Below, piece by piece: positions 18,204-27,330 of a stretch of DNA of 64,000 bases (the first letter of the stretch is position 1; every line of letters begins with the position of its first letter). Location of the stretch: IMG/VR virus record IMGVR_UViG_3300009709_000002, positions 160,001 to 224,000 of that record. One strand, written 5' to 3'. The notes beneath the pieces were generated by a model. The model was not told where the DNA came from and did no database searches. It worked only from the letters and a program-made list of their open reading frames with translations. Position numbers and translations under genes: made by a program. Source of the DNA: a virus. Lineage: Duplodnaviria > Heunggongvirae > Uroviricota > Caudoviricetes.

Positions 18204-19121
18204 TTATACCAGTTGCGAAAGAAGCTTAATTGCTTTCTTCCATTGAGTTGGATTCTTTCTCTTCAGTGCTGCAAAGAATGGCGAGCGACGAGTGTAGGAT
18301 ATCTTCTCAAGGTCTGAGCCTTTTGGCGGTGTCGTTCCGTCTGCGTAAGTGAAGTGAGCTAGAGCTTTCTCTTTGTCATAATCCTTGACGTCAAACTCTT
18401 TTGACAAATCTTCTACACCTCTAAAATATGCAGCTTCTGACTTGATTTGAGGGTCAAATTCTACCGGTGAGTTGTAATAGTCATCACTGTTTTCATCAGT
18501 TAGATTGTCAGCAGCATAATCACTCTTCACATTATACTCATGGAACCTACGCAGCACCAAGAATTGAATCATGTGAGCAGTTTCATGGTCTACAACACCG
18601 ATCAACGATGGCAGCTTATCGAGTAAGACAGAATGAACACGATCAATATCTATGTGATCATCTAGCAACATTCCTGATTTCTTTAGTGAAAAGCTCATCG
18701 TCAGCGTAGCAGGATGAAAAGCACCAGATGATGTAAGTGAGCTTTGCTGTGAAAGATCTATTTCAGCAATCACATGATCGTAGCTGTGAAGCTTTGACAC
18801 GTCGGTGCCAAGCTTCTTCAGCTTATCCAGGTAGCGATCAGGAAGATCCGAGAAGTCAAGCTTGAACTCGTGCTCTTCAATCGTTGCTTTACCAACTTTC
18901 TCTGAATACTTGTCATCCGGAAGAGGTAGCTTATGCTTATAAGCTACCTTCTTTAGAAGCTGGTGAGCCGTATTAAAGTCTTTTCCTTCAAGATGCTCCT
19001 CAATTTTGTCTTTCGTGTAGGCTAGATAAGTGTAGACCACAAAGTCCGTGATGTCTTTCAACAGTTTTGGAGGGTTCTGAATCAGGCCCTCTTTCAAAAA
19101 TTGCTTGAATGTAACTTTCAT
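18204..19121 (-). CDS. Predicted internal head protein with HExxH (zincin-like) motif
   Basis: N-terminus MKVTFKQFLKE; DHETAHMIQ followed by YYNSPVE. Confidence 0.65.
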   Translation of the reverse strand: MKVTFKQFLKEGLIQNPPKLLKDITDFVVYTYLAYTKDKIEEHLEGKDFNTAHQLLKKVAYKHKLPLPDDKYSEKVGKATIEEHEFKLDFSDLPDRYLDKLKKLGTDVSKLHSYDHVIAEIDLSQQSSLTSSGAFHPATLTMSFSLKKSGMLLDDHIDIDRVHSVLLDKLPSLIGVVDHETAHMIQFLVLRRFHEYNVKSDYAADNLTDENSDDYYNSPVEFDPQIKSEAAYFRGVEDLSKEFDVKDYDKEKALAHFTYADGTTPPKGSDLEKISYTRRSPFFAALKRKNPTQWKKAIKLLSQLV

Positions 19122-20797
19122 TAGATCTTCTTATCGATGTTAAATCTTGTCTCAGATTCCAGCATGCCTTCAATCGTTGGCTTGTGTGAATCTGGCTTTC
19201 TTCTTCTATTGAATTCAACGATCGACCAACGTCCAGTCGTCTTATTGAACTGAAGTAGACGTTCTGGAGGACGTGAAGCTTTTGGAAGATAGTCATACGT
19301 CTGGCGGTGATAAGCACCATCTGCCAGACCTGCGATATTCGGAAGCTGTGGGCCAGTCGTATATGGCGCTCCATTCGGTGGAATACCATCCGATGAATAT
19401 GCATCACGACCGTCATAACCGCCTCGAGGGCCGAGAATTGGTTCGCCAGACTGAATATCTTGCGGATCACTACCAGTCTGTGGAACAGCATCCTTCATGA
19501 TCTGCTCAATCTCTTCGGTAGCTTCATAAGCTTGTTGATTCAACAGTGCACCACCAGCAAAGAAGTCAGAATCACTCTGAGCTGCGTTGACGCCATTGTT
19601 CTTTCCTGGAAGACCGAGAATGTCTTTGTGTTCTTGCGACGGTAGCACAGGTACAGCATAGAAGCGGAAGAGGTTAGGCTTCCAGTTGAATGTGTAACCT
19701 TCTGTGCTCCAGTTCGTGTCGGTAACTTCAAGCCACTTTCTCACAGGGCGCAGCTTCGTGTCATACTGAACTTCACCAGGCAGCTCAAGAATATCACCTA
19801 CGATGACAGGTCTGCCGAGCAGCTGAATCATCATTGGATAGCTAACAGTGAAGATGTATGATTCTGGTAGGTTGATACCAAACTTTGCCAGCTCAGTTTG
19901 AACGTCAAGCAGATCGTATGAAGCTTTCAGCATCGTCGACGTGCGGCAATATGCTCTGTCACGATTTTCGCGGAAGAAAGTATCCTGCACATTATCAAGT
20001 GACAGCTGGGTCGACTCGAGAAGTTGAAGCTGAACAATTTCCCAAGCAGAGTTAGTAGCCACACCATTGAAGAACAATGGAATGAAACGCCATTGATTGA
20101 ACATGGCATCACTCTTGAAACCGACCGTCACCATATCTGGTGAGTCTGGAATTGCTACCACATCAACTCGGTGCCATCTACGTCCATCATCTGAAGCTTC
20201 AACTCTAATCTGAGTCACACGGTTTAGCGTATCTGCACCTTGCTTGATATTGATAGAGTTGATCTTCTTACGAACTGGCTCTGATGGAGCATAACGTTCT
20301 TGAGGAGTTCCAATGAGGTTCCAAGCCTTCTTAGTGCCGAAACTATAGCCAATGAAGGCTGGAGCTTCAGTTACGCCAGCGCCTTGCTGCACCGAACGCC
20401 AAGTGTTGGTATTGCCATTAAAAGCGTCGAGGATATTGAAACCAGATGGAGTTCCAGAGCACAATGGATAGCCAGAGCCAGTCTGGTCAATGTTAGATCC
20501 CTGATTGTGAACTCCAAGCAGAGGGAACACATTTACTGGACCAGCTGCAGCTTGAAGTGCTTCAGCTTGAAGTGCAGCAATGTAGTCAGCTTCCGTCTGA
20601 GCACACTCAGATGTCGAGTAGTCCAGCGTTCCAATTGGAAGAGCTGGAATCGTGTAGTCAGTGCCTGACGTGTCATACGCAAAGTCTAAGATCGGCACAC
20701 CATGCTCGCATACTCCAGTTTGAGTTGGAGCCGAATTTGGTGTGCCGGTCGGACGAGGACGCGGCGGGCAGTGTGGGCATTGTTGATAGTTTGCCAT
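19121..20797 (-). CDS. gp14: Neck/head-closure protein with inserted discoidin-like domain
   Basis: QDTFFRENRDRAY, ELAKFGI and LGRPVIVGDILELP; position between gp13 and gp15. Confidence 0.8.
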   Translation of the reverse strand: MANYQQCPHCPPRPRPTGTPNSAPTQTGVCEHGVPILDFAYDTSGTDYTIPALPIGTLDYSTSECAQTEADYIAALQAEALQAAAGPVNVFPLLGVHNQGSNIDQTGSGYPLCSGTPSGFNILDAFNGNTNTWRSVQQGAGVTEAPAFIGYSFGTKKAWNLIGTPQERYAPSEPVRKKINSINIKQGADTLNRVTQIRVEASDDGRRWHRVDVVAIPDSPDMVTVGFKSDAMFNQWRFIPLFFNGVATNSAWEIVQLQLLESTQLSLDNVQDTFFRENRDRAYCRTSTMLKASYDLLDVQTELAKFGINLPESYIFTVSYPMMIQLLGRPVIVGDILELPGEVQYDTKLRPVRKWLEVTDTNWSTEGYTFNWKPNLFRFYAVPVLPSQEHKDILGLPGKNNGVNAAQSDSDFFAGGALLNQQAYEATEEIEQIMKDAVPQTGSDPQDIQSGEPILGPRGGYDGRDAYSSDGIPPNGAPYTTGPQLPNIAGLADGAYHRQTYDYLPKASRPPERLLQFNKTTGRWSIVEFNRRRKPDSHKPTIEGMLESETRFNIDKKI

Positions 20798-20801
20798 TTG
20801 C

Positions 20802-22331
20802 TTAACCAATCACGAATGGTGCAAAGAAGGTACCTGGTCCGTTCTGGCCAACTTCGAAATCTTGAACTTGGCGTAGACAATCTTCTTGCAGACGTTGAGC
20901 TTCCGAGATCAAAGTATCTGCGTTCAACTGCAGACCGCCTCCAGGACCAGGAAGAGTAGCGAACTTACCGCGAATCATCGCAAGGTACATCATCGCTTCT
21001 GATTTTGCCCACTGCTGGATCCATTGGCTAGTCCAACGATCAGCGATAAGCTCTTGTTCTAACTTTTCGCACGTTGCTTCAACGATGACACGCTCTGGGC
21101 TGACGAAGTTACGGTAGATTTCCATCTCACGAGTGGCTTCATTCCAGTTGTATGCAATTTCACCAGCAAAAATCTGCGTGTAAGTTTCAGACATAGCCGT
21201 GATCAGGTGGATCGAGACCAAGTCATAACCAACGCCTGGAGCATAGAACTGGCTCATGAACGCCTGAGCGTAGATGTTATCTGGACCAAAGTTTACAAGA
21301 CCAAGCATGTTCAGACGCCAGATTCTTGTAACGTCGACGATCGTGTTCGTACCTGTCGTTGGGTCATTCAAGTAGTACGTGCTTTGACCTGGCAGCATCT
21401 GCGTAATGAACATACGCTTGTTGTAGCCATTGTCTACACGGCGGCGAATTTCAGCGAGAGCTTTGTCAATCGCGATATTGAAGTGAGCATCTGTCAGTTC
21501 GACGCAAACAACCGGGAAGCCAAGCTGCATCTTCAGTGAATTGATCAAGCTCATACGAGCACCGCTCGACAAGTCAGTACCAACGCCTTGCTTCTTGTAT
21601 GTTGGAAGACCGCCATCAGTTTCAACTGGGCGCCAGTAAGCACCAGACCAGATCTTTAGCGTCTTGGTTGTGGTGTTGTAAAAGAAATCGCCGAACTTTG
21701 GAAAGCCTGTTGGCAGACCTGTCCATGGGTAGCGTGGATCAGCTTCGGCTGCAACGGTCGTTTGTTCTGCAACAGATTTCCAGGTGGCACCATCCCATGA
21801 GAAGACCAGTCGCTGGTTTTCATCATAGTAGCACTGTCCCATGGTTGGGTTTTCAGGTGGGCCATAAAGCTTAGGAACATCCGACGCAAACGCCGAACTT
21901 GATGTCGTTTCAGGATATGAACGAACACCGATCGTGTAGTATGTGTTGACATTCGAGATAATGTGAGCTGAACAGTAGTAGACCGAGTTAGGATCTAGGT
22001 TTGTCAGGCTCAGCGTAGCAGTTGTTGTGTCATTGTAGAAAGCTCCGATCACTACCGCTTGACCGATTCTGTCGCCTGGTGTAGCTAGATTAGCAGATGC
22101 GTTGTAAACGACGCCATCAGTCGGATAGTTCGATGGATTGATTTCCATCACGCTCGCAGTAATCAAGATGCCGTTGTAGGCGAGCGGTGACATAGTTGTC
22201 ACAGGAGCAGTCACAACTGGAGGATTCCACGTGATAGTCCCGGTAGTTGGTGTCAGTCTAGTGAAATTGAGGGTAATGTCTTGACCTTCAGACCAGAGCG
22301 TATCGCCTGCATCTTGAGCAACTCTTGACAT
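20802..22331 (-). CDS. gp13: Neck protein with long N-terminal extension
   Basis: LGFPVVCVELT, WIQQWA and RGKFATLPGPGGGLQLNA. Confidence 0.88.
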   Translation of the reverse strand: MSRVAQDAGDTLWSEGQDITLNFTRLTPTTGTITWNPPVVTAPVTTMSPLAYNGILITASVMEINPSNYPTDGVVYNASANLATPGDRIGQAVVIGAFYNDTTTATLSLTNLDPNSVYYCSAHIISNVNTYYTIGVRSYPETTSSSAFASDVPKLYGPPENPTMGQCYYDENQRLVFSWDGATWKSVAEQTTVAAEADPRYPWTGLPTGFPKFGDFFYNTTTKTLKIWSGAYWRPVETDGGLPTYKKQGVGTDLSSGARMSLINSLKMQLGFPVVCVELTDAHFNIAIDKALAEIRRRVDNGYNKRMFITQMLPGQSTYYLNDPTTGTNTIVDVTRIWRLNMLGLVNFGPDNIYAQAFMSQFYAPGVGYDLVSIHLITAMSETYTQIFAGEIAYNWNEATREMEIYRNFVSPERVIVEATCEKLEQELIADRWTSQWIQQWAKSEAMMYLAMIRGKFATLPGPGGGLQLNADTLISEAQRLQEDCLRQVQDFEVGQNGPGTFFAPFVIG

Positions 22332-22349
22332 ATGGATCTCCATGAAATG

Positions 22350-22389
22350 TATTTAGATTTGATATTTATTCACAATCGTGACATAAATA
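22350..22389. promoter_or_regulatory. Divergent late promoters
   Basis: Minus-strand TAAATA at 22350-22355 and 22363-22369; plus-strand CATAAATA at 22382-22389. Confidence 0.7.
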
Positions 22390-22418
22390 CCAACTACATT
22401 TATGGGAAGTGAAGACAC

Positions 22419-23540
22419 ATGCTCTTACAAGAACTATTAAGCATCATCGCCGAAAGAGATGCACAAGCGCTCCTCGAATCATATGGCAATCTCAAGAAGA
22501 TTGATCCACAGCTGCTCAAAGCCTTCATGATGCAAGACGGCAAGGTTGACAAAAACCTTGGTGAACATTCTGAAGTTGAAGTAAATCCAAAGATCACAGA
22601 CTATCAGTCATTTGAAGATGCGTTTGTCGAAAGAGACGATACTGGCGTGATCGGCTTCATATTTGTAGTTGATGGCAAGCAAGCGATGTCAGTTGCACAT
22701 ATTGTCGATCTTGAAAATTCGCCAAATCACAGAGATGAAAAGAAGATTCATGTTGGCGTGACTAAAGCATTTGCAGATCTTTTTGATGAAGACTATATTC
22801 AAAAACATTACATGACCAATATCATCAATGCAGCTAATAGAGGATTTCCGGTCATTAATAGTCAATTTAGCCACGTGAGCAACATGGTTAGAAATTTCTT
22901 TGATGTTGTAGCTGATAAGAAGCTTAAGCTTGAAACTATTGAGGTAAAGACAGATTTTAAGCGTCTTGATAAACAAGCTAAACGTACACAGCTCAAGCGT
23001 GGTCACATTCCGCTGCCTGGTTATGATAACAAGCTGTCAAAATCAGATGGTGCAGCATATAAGAGCTACCTCGAAAAACTGAAGACAAAGCTAGAAGCAA
23101 AATTAGATCAATTAAAGCGTGACAAACTTAAGAACGCTACTACACCTGAAGAAATGGTGAAGATCGTAAAAGAAGATGGTTTCGGTGACAAAATCAAGTT
23201 CATGGGTTTCACTTATAAGCGAATTGCCTTTAGAGTAGATTATGATCACCTTCACAAAATCGCCCAGGGTAAAGGTGACGTTTGGTCAGAAAATAATTAC
23301 GTTCAGTACACCGTTGAATGGGAAGATAAGGCATATCAAAAGGTCCAAGAAGAGCTATGGGATCTTATGCCAACAAATCCTAGTAAAGTTGGTGAATCTG
23401 AAAAAGAAGAAGCACAAGAGCTATGGGATGCTTGGGAAAGACTGCAAAAACGCAAGATTCCACCAAATAGCTTGAAAATCATTATCGGATTGAAGGGCGG
23501 TATCGCCTCACCAGTTGACATCAAATTGGAGAAAAACTAA
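22419..23540 (+). CDS. Hypothetical late protein (paralog A)
   Basis: 373 aa; shares motifs with the next gene. Confidence 0.8.
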   Translation: MLLQELLSIIAERDAQALLESYGNLKKIDPQLLKAFMMQDGKVDKNLGEHSEVEVNPKITDYQSFEDAFVERDDTGVIGFIFVVDGKQAMSVAHIVDLENSPNHRDEKKIHVGVTKAFADLFDEDYIQKHYMTNIINAANRGFPVINSQFSHVSNMVRNFFDVVADKKLKLETIEVKTDFKRLDKQAKRTQLKRGHIPLPGYDNKLSKSDGAAYKSYLEKLKTKLEAKLDQLKRDKLKNATTPEEMVKIVKEDGFGDKIKFMGFTYKRIAFRVDYDHLHKIAQGKGDVWSENNYVQYTVEWEDKAYQKVQEELWDLMPTNPSKVGESEKEEAQELWDAWERLQKRKIPPNSLKIIIGLKGGIASPVDIKLEKN

Positions 23541-24874
23541 TGGTGTTGTTAGAACTTTTGAAACTACAAGAACGCAGAATTGAAGCTCATCAAGAATTCC
23601 TAGAGTTCTTGTATGAGCACCTTGGAAACTTGAACGTCATCGACAAGAGTCTCATTAAGATTCTCCGCAAACAGATGGCTGACACGTACTATGTTTCTCC
23701 TGGATCAAAACCAAATCAAGAACAATTCAAGATCGGTAAATATCTTGGAACAAATTCAACCGTTGATGAAGAACCAGCTCGAAATCCATCGCAAGTGATG
23801 AAAGCGATCATGGATGCTGAAAGCAAAGTGATCGCTGTTGTCATCAAGTATGGTGATAAGCAAGTCTGCGCCTTTGCTAGCCGGCATAAGACATTTGGCA
23901 AGCGCGGGCATAAAGATACTGATGATGATTTGCATATTATCGTGTCACCAGATTTCTTTAATATTGTTGGTTCTGGAGCCGACTATACTAAGTCAATCAC
24001 TAAACAAAAAATGGTGGCAGATCATCGCAATGGCAGCATTAAGAAACCAGTTAATGTAGTTGATGGTCACACTGTAAAGCATCTTCTTCAGGGCCATGGA
24101 GCCCAAACAAAATCATTCGATGATGTCGCTCTTAATAGTGCAAATGTAAAGAAAGTTCTAGCTTTCATTTTTGACAACGCTAAAGCTAATAACATGCAAG
24201 TGTCAATGCTGAATATTAGCAAAGATGAACAACGTCCAAAAACACAAGTAGATCGATCAAATGCGCGCCATGGCCGTATTCCATTCATGGTTCAAAAATC
24301 TTTGAAGAGCTATTCGCAAGAAGAGAAGCAAGAATATGAACGCTACACGCAAAGACTTATTAGCAAGTTTGCAGATCGTTTATCAAATTGGCGCTCAGAG
24401 AAAGCCGATAAGCAATCTCAAAAGTTCTCAAATCACGATGAACTGATTAAGCACATTTCAGCAGAAGGATTTCCAGAGAAAGTAAACTTTATGGGATATG
24501 TGTACCATAAAGAGCGTGTATCAATTGAATGGAATGATCTTGAAGCTAAGGCAAATAAAACGCTTACTGGTTACAAGGCAGCTAATCCAAGATCAGTGTA
24601 TGACAACGTGCTATACAAAATTGATCGAAAAGCACCTTCATTTATAGCTCTTAGAAATCAAATGAGAGAACTTGCTGGTGGTATTCCTGAGCAAGATGAC
24701 TCTGATCCACACGTAGCAGAAGCTCGTGATCAGTTTATTGCTGCTTACATGAGAAAGTACAAAAAGCTGGTTCCACCTGGTGACTTCATGGTTCACATGT
24801 CATTAATCGGTGGTGTAATCAAACCAACAGATATCTCAATTTCTGAAGACAATGATTACGTAGAAACGTACTAA
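23540..24874 (+). CDS. Hypothetical late protein (paralog B)
   Basis: 444 aa; TAATG-coupled to paralog A. Confidence 0.8.
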   Translation: MVLLELLKLQERRIEAHQEFLEFLYEHLGNLNVIDKSLIKILRKQMADTYYVSPGSKPNQEQFKIGKYLGTNSTVDEEPARNPSQVMKAIMDAESKVIAVVIKYGDKQVCAFASRHKTFGKRGHKDTDDDLHIIVSPDFFNIVGSGADYTKSITKQKMVADHRNGSIKKPVNVVDGHTVKHLLQGHGAQTKSFDDVALNSANVKKVLAFIFDNAKANNMQVSMLNISKDEQRPKTQVDRSNARHGRIPFMVQKSLKSYSQEEKQEYERYTQRLISKFADRLSNWRSEKADKQSQKFSNHDELIKHISAEGFPEKVNFMGYVYHKERVSIEWNDLEAKANKTLTGYKAANPRSVYDNVLYKIDRKAPSFIALRNQMRELAGGIPEQDDSDPHVAEARDQFIAAYMRKYKKLVPPGDFMVHMSLIGGVIKPTDISISEDNDYVETY

Positions 24875-24875
24875 C

Positions 24876-24901
24876 AAAAGGAGAGCCTAGGCTCTCCTTT
24901 T
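24876..24901. terminator. Bidirectional terminator
   Basis: Perfect palindrome AAAAGGAGAGCCTAGGCTCTCCTTTT between convergent genes. Confidence 0.85.
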
Positions 24902-24919
24902 TCTTTACTTCAGATGAAC

Positions 24920-25978
24920 TTAACCGTCTAGTCGCTTATTGACTTGCTCAAGATACCACTGCCGAGCATGCTTCGAGATAGCTGACATCACTTCCTTCTC
25001 AGGCAATCCGCTAGCTGCGATCGTATCAGCTTCTTCCTTGTGGACGTCTTGTCCAACTGTCTTCAGGAATACTGGCGTGTTTTGAAGAGTTGCTTCAACC
25101 TTCGCAACATTTTCCATCTCGTCAAGCTTCTTTTCGAGACGGTGCTCAGTTACCAAAGCTTCTACCAGCGCACGAATGTTTTCGATCTTTTCAACGTCAA
25201 CAGGAGCTAACGTCTTCACCTTCGTTTCACTGTGTTTTTCACCCTTGACCTTGAAGACCAGGTCGCTTACACGGAACGGTACGTGAGTCGTCGGATTAGC
25301 CGTCCAGACGATGCCTTCACCTACACCGAAGACGCCAAAATGCTTACCCACTGGGCATTCATTTTCAACTTCAAGTGTCAGCTCTGACAATTTGACAGAT
25401 GCATATTCAGGCTTCGCGAAGTCAATGTGAATTTTGTATGTCTTGAACTTGTGAATGCAGAAGATCTGGTCATTCTTAGCCGTTTCACTACCATAGCCGT
25501 CAAAGACGTCACGAATCTGATGCGGAGCAAACCAGTAGCTATCTTCTTCAGTGCGCTTTACGCGAATGCCGAAGACCACAAACATCTTTGGAAGCCCGGT
25601 GATAGCCACGCCTTTCTGGATACTTTGACCGCACCACTCACCGTAGATTGCCAAGTGATCACCAGGCTGGAAGTTTTCCAGACCATAGACGATACGCGCT
25701 GAGTTGACAAGGCCTCGAATTGCAGCTGCTTTAGCCTGAACAAAAGCAGCAAAACCAGCGTTATCAGATTCAGGAGTGATCACGTTGGTACGTGATTGAG
25801 CCCACAGCTCTCCATTGTCTGTGTCTATTACTACTGCTGCGTTTGTGCCGTGCAACTTCACAGTACCAGTGAATTCAAGCTCAGGCAGTGGGATGCCATG
25901 ATATGTACAGCGATCCTTGACAGAGCGGATCACGTTACGGAACTGTTCGATTGACGGATAAGAAATATGTTGAGCCAT
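24920..25978 (-). CDS. RNA ligase (Rnl2-like)
   Basis: KLHGTN (motif I), QSR, YGEWCG, GEGIVW and FKVKGEKH. Promoter TATCCA-N17-TAAAAT at 26041-26013. Confidence 0.88.
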   Translation of the reverse strand: MAQHISYPSIEQFRNVIRSVKDRCTYHGIPLPELEFTGTVKLHGTNAAVVIDTDNGELWAQSRTNVITPESDNAGFAAFVQAKAAAIRGLVNSARIVYGLENFQPGDHLAIYGEWCGQSIQKGVAITGLPKMFVVFGIRVKRTEEDSYWFAPHQIRDVFDGYGSETAKNDQIFCIHKFKTYKIHIDFAKPEYASVKLSELTLEVENECPVGKHFGVFGVGEGIVWTANPTTHVPFRVSDLVFKVKGEKHSETKVKTLAPVDVEKIENIRALVEALVTEHRLEKKLDEMENVAKVEATLQNTPVFLKTVGQDVHKEEADTIAASGLPEKEVMSAISKHARQWYLEQVNKRLDG

Positions 25979-26053
25979 GTTTCCCTCCTATTTTTCTCAA
26001 TTTTGAGAAGTGATTTTAAACCAACATCAAAATTGTGGATATTTTTAAGCAAA

Positions 26054-26080
26054 GAAAAAGCCGGCTAAGCCGGCTTTTTC
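26054..26080 (-). terminator. Intrinsic terminator
   Basis: GAAAAAGCCGGC-TAA-GCCGGCTTTTTC. Confidence 0.8.
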
Positions 26081-26101
26081 AGAATGGAGCCTAGCGAACG
26101 T

Positions 26102-26704
26102 TTATGTGCTGTATCGCACGCTCTGAACGGCGATGTTCAAGAAGCCGATTCTCGACCGGACATTTGGATTTTCCAGGTCATTGAGCAGCTTGCCGTGATC
26201 TTGACCCGAGGTTGCACCCCAAAGAGCCGAGACGAGATTTTCAACTAGCGACTCACGAGGATCATACTTGATCTTCAGAACTGCCGGGTGATGAGTGTCC
26301 AGCATCTCTTGCGCGATGCGACGACCTTCCGCTTTGTCAAAGTTTTCGTGCGGCTTGCAGATCGAGTAACCTACGTGCAGAATCTTTGCATCGTGATGGA
26401 TGTTGAAAATCAGCGTGAGACCGCCGAGATTGTCATCAACCACAGTGTATTCATCTGGCACCGCTGTTTCGATAGCAATTTTCGGACGAGCGTAACGAAC
26501 TACGCCAGTCGTCACCTTGTCTTGAATTCTACCAAGACGCGGTCGTTCGGTGCCGAGAACAGCATGAACTTTGTCTTCCAGGTCAGAAACGAGCTCGATC
26601 TTGACTTCTTCATCCATGTAGTCAAGAGCATGTTCAATCGACTTATTGTCACCGAGTCGACCGAGAATTTCCTTCACGATCTTTGCTGCGTATGTATCTT
26701 TCAT
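26102..26704 (-). CDS. Hypothetical protein
   Basis: 200 aa with AAGGA RBS; contains VGYSICKPHENFDKAEGRRIA. Confidence 0.75.
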   Translation of the reverse strand: MKDTYAAKIVKEILGRLGDNKSIEHALDYMDEEVKIELVSDLEDKVHAVLGTERPRLGRIQDKVTTGVVRYARPKIAIETAVPDEYTVVDDNLGGLTLIFNIHHDAKILHVGYSICKPHENFDKAEGRRIAQEMLDTHHPAVLKIKYDPRESLVENLVSALWGATSGQDHGKLLNDLENPNVRSRIGFLNIAVQSVRYST

Positions 26705-26736
26705 TTCCTTTTCAGCTGATGAAATTCAGCCGCCGG

Positions 26737-27150
26737 TTAGTGTTTGATTTGAAACTTCTGCTTATAACGCTCTGCCGCTCCAGGAACCGGAATGAAAGCT
26801 TCTTTCCGGAAATCCCAATTGTTTGTAGGATCTTTGCGCCGCGCGAACCAGTACTCAGGCCCAAACAAATATGCTGGAAGTGAACAGATATCTCCTACAC
26901 CAAGAGACTTCCCATCGATCTTGTCAATGACCAAGGTGTCATGACGACCAATTCCTACTGTGGGACGAATCAGATGGAAGTGTAATCCATTGATTTTTCG
27001 CTGAATCTCTAAATCCAGATCCACGTTGATAAGCCGTTTGAAGTGACCCTTGCGGCGGTAACAGTAGTACATGACGTACATCTTGTTGGTGACGAAAGGG
27101 TTGCTTGTAGAACGGACCAGTTGGTGTTCTGTTTGAGAGAGCGAATTCAC
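26737..27150 (-). CDS. Hypothetical protein
   Basis: GTG start after GGAG; promoter TATACA-N17-TATAAT at 27264-27236. Confidence 0.7.
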   Translation of the reverse strand: MNSLSQTEHQLVRSTSNPFVTNKMYVMYYCYRRKGHFKRLINVDLDLEIQRKINGLHFHLIRPTVGIGRHDTLVIDKIDGKSLGVGDICSLPAYLFGPEYWFARRKDPTNNWDFRKEAFIPVPGAAERYKQKFQIKH

Positions 27151-27330
27151 TATCTACTCCACACATCGATTGATAAACTTTGCCGACGAATGGAGCAAGG
27201 ATTTTTCAGTTGTGTCCTTCCATCCGTTGATAGAGATTATATTCAAGGACAATTTGTGTGTATATTTTAAGTGACACTTTTCCACAAGCCTAGAGATAAA
27301 TACTTGCATTCCACCTTTCTTAGGCATACC

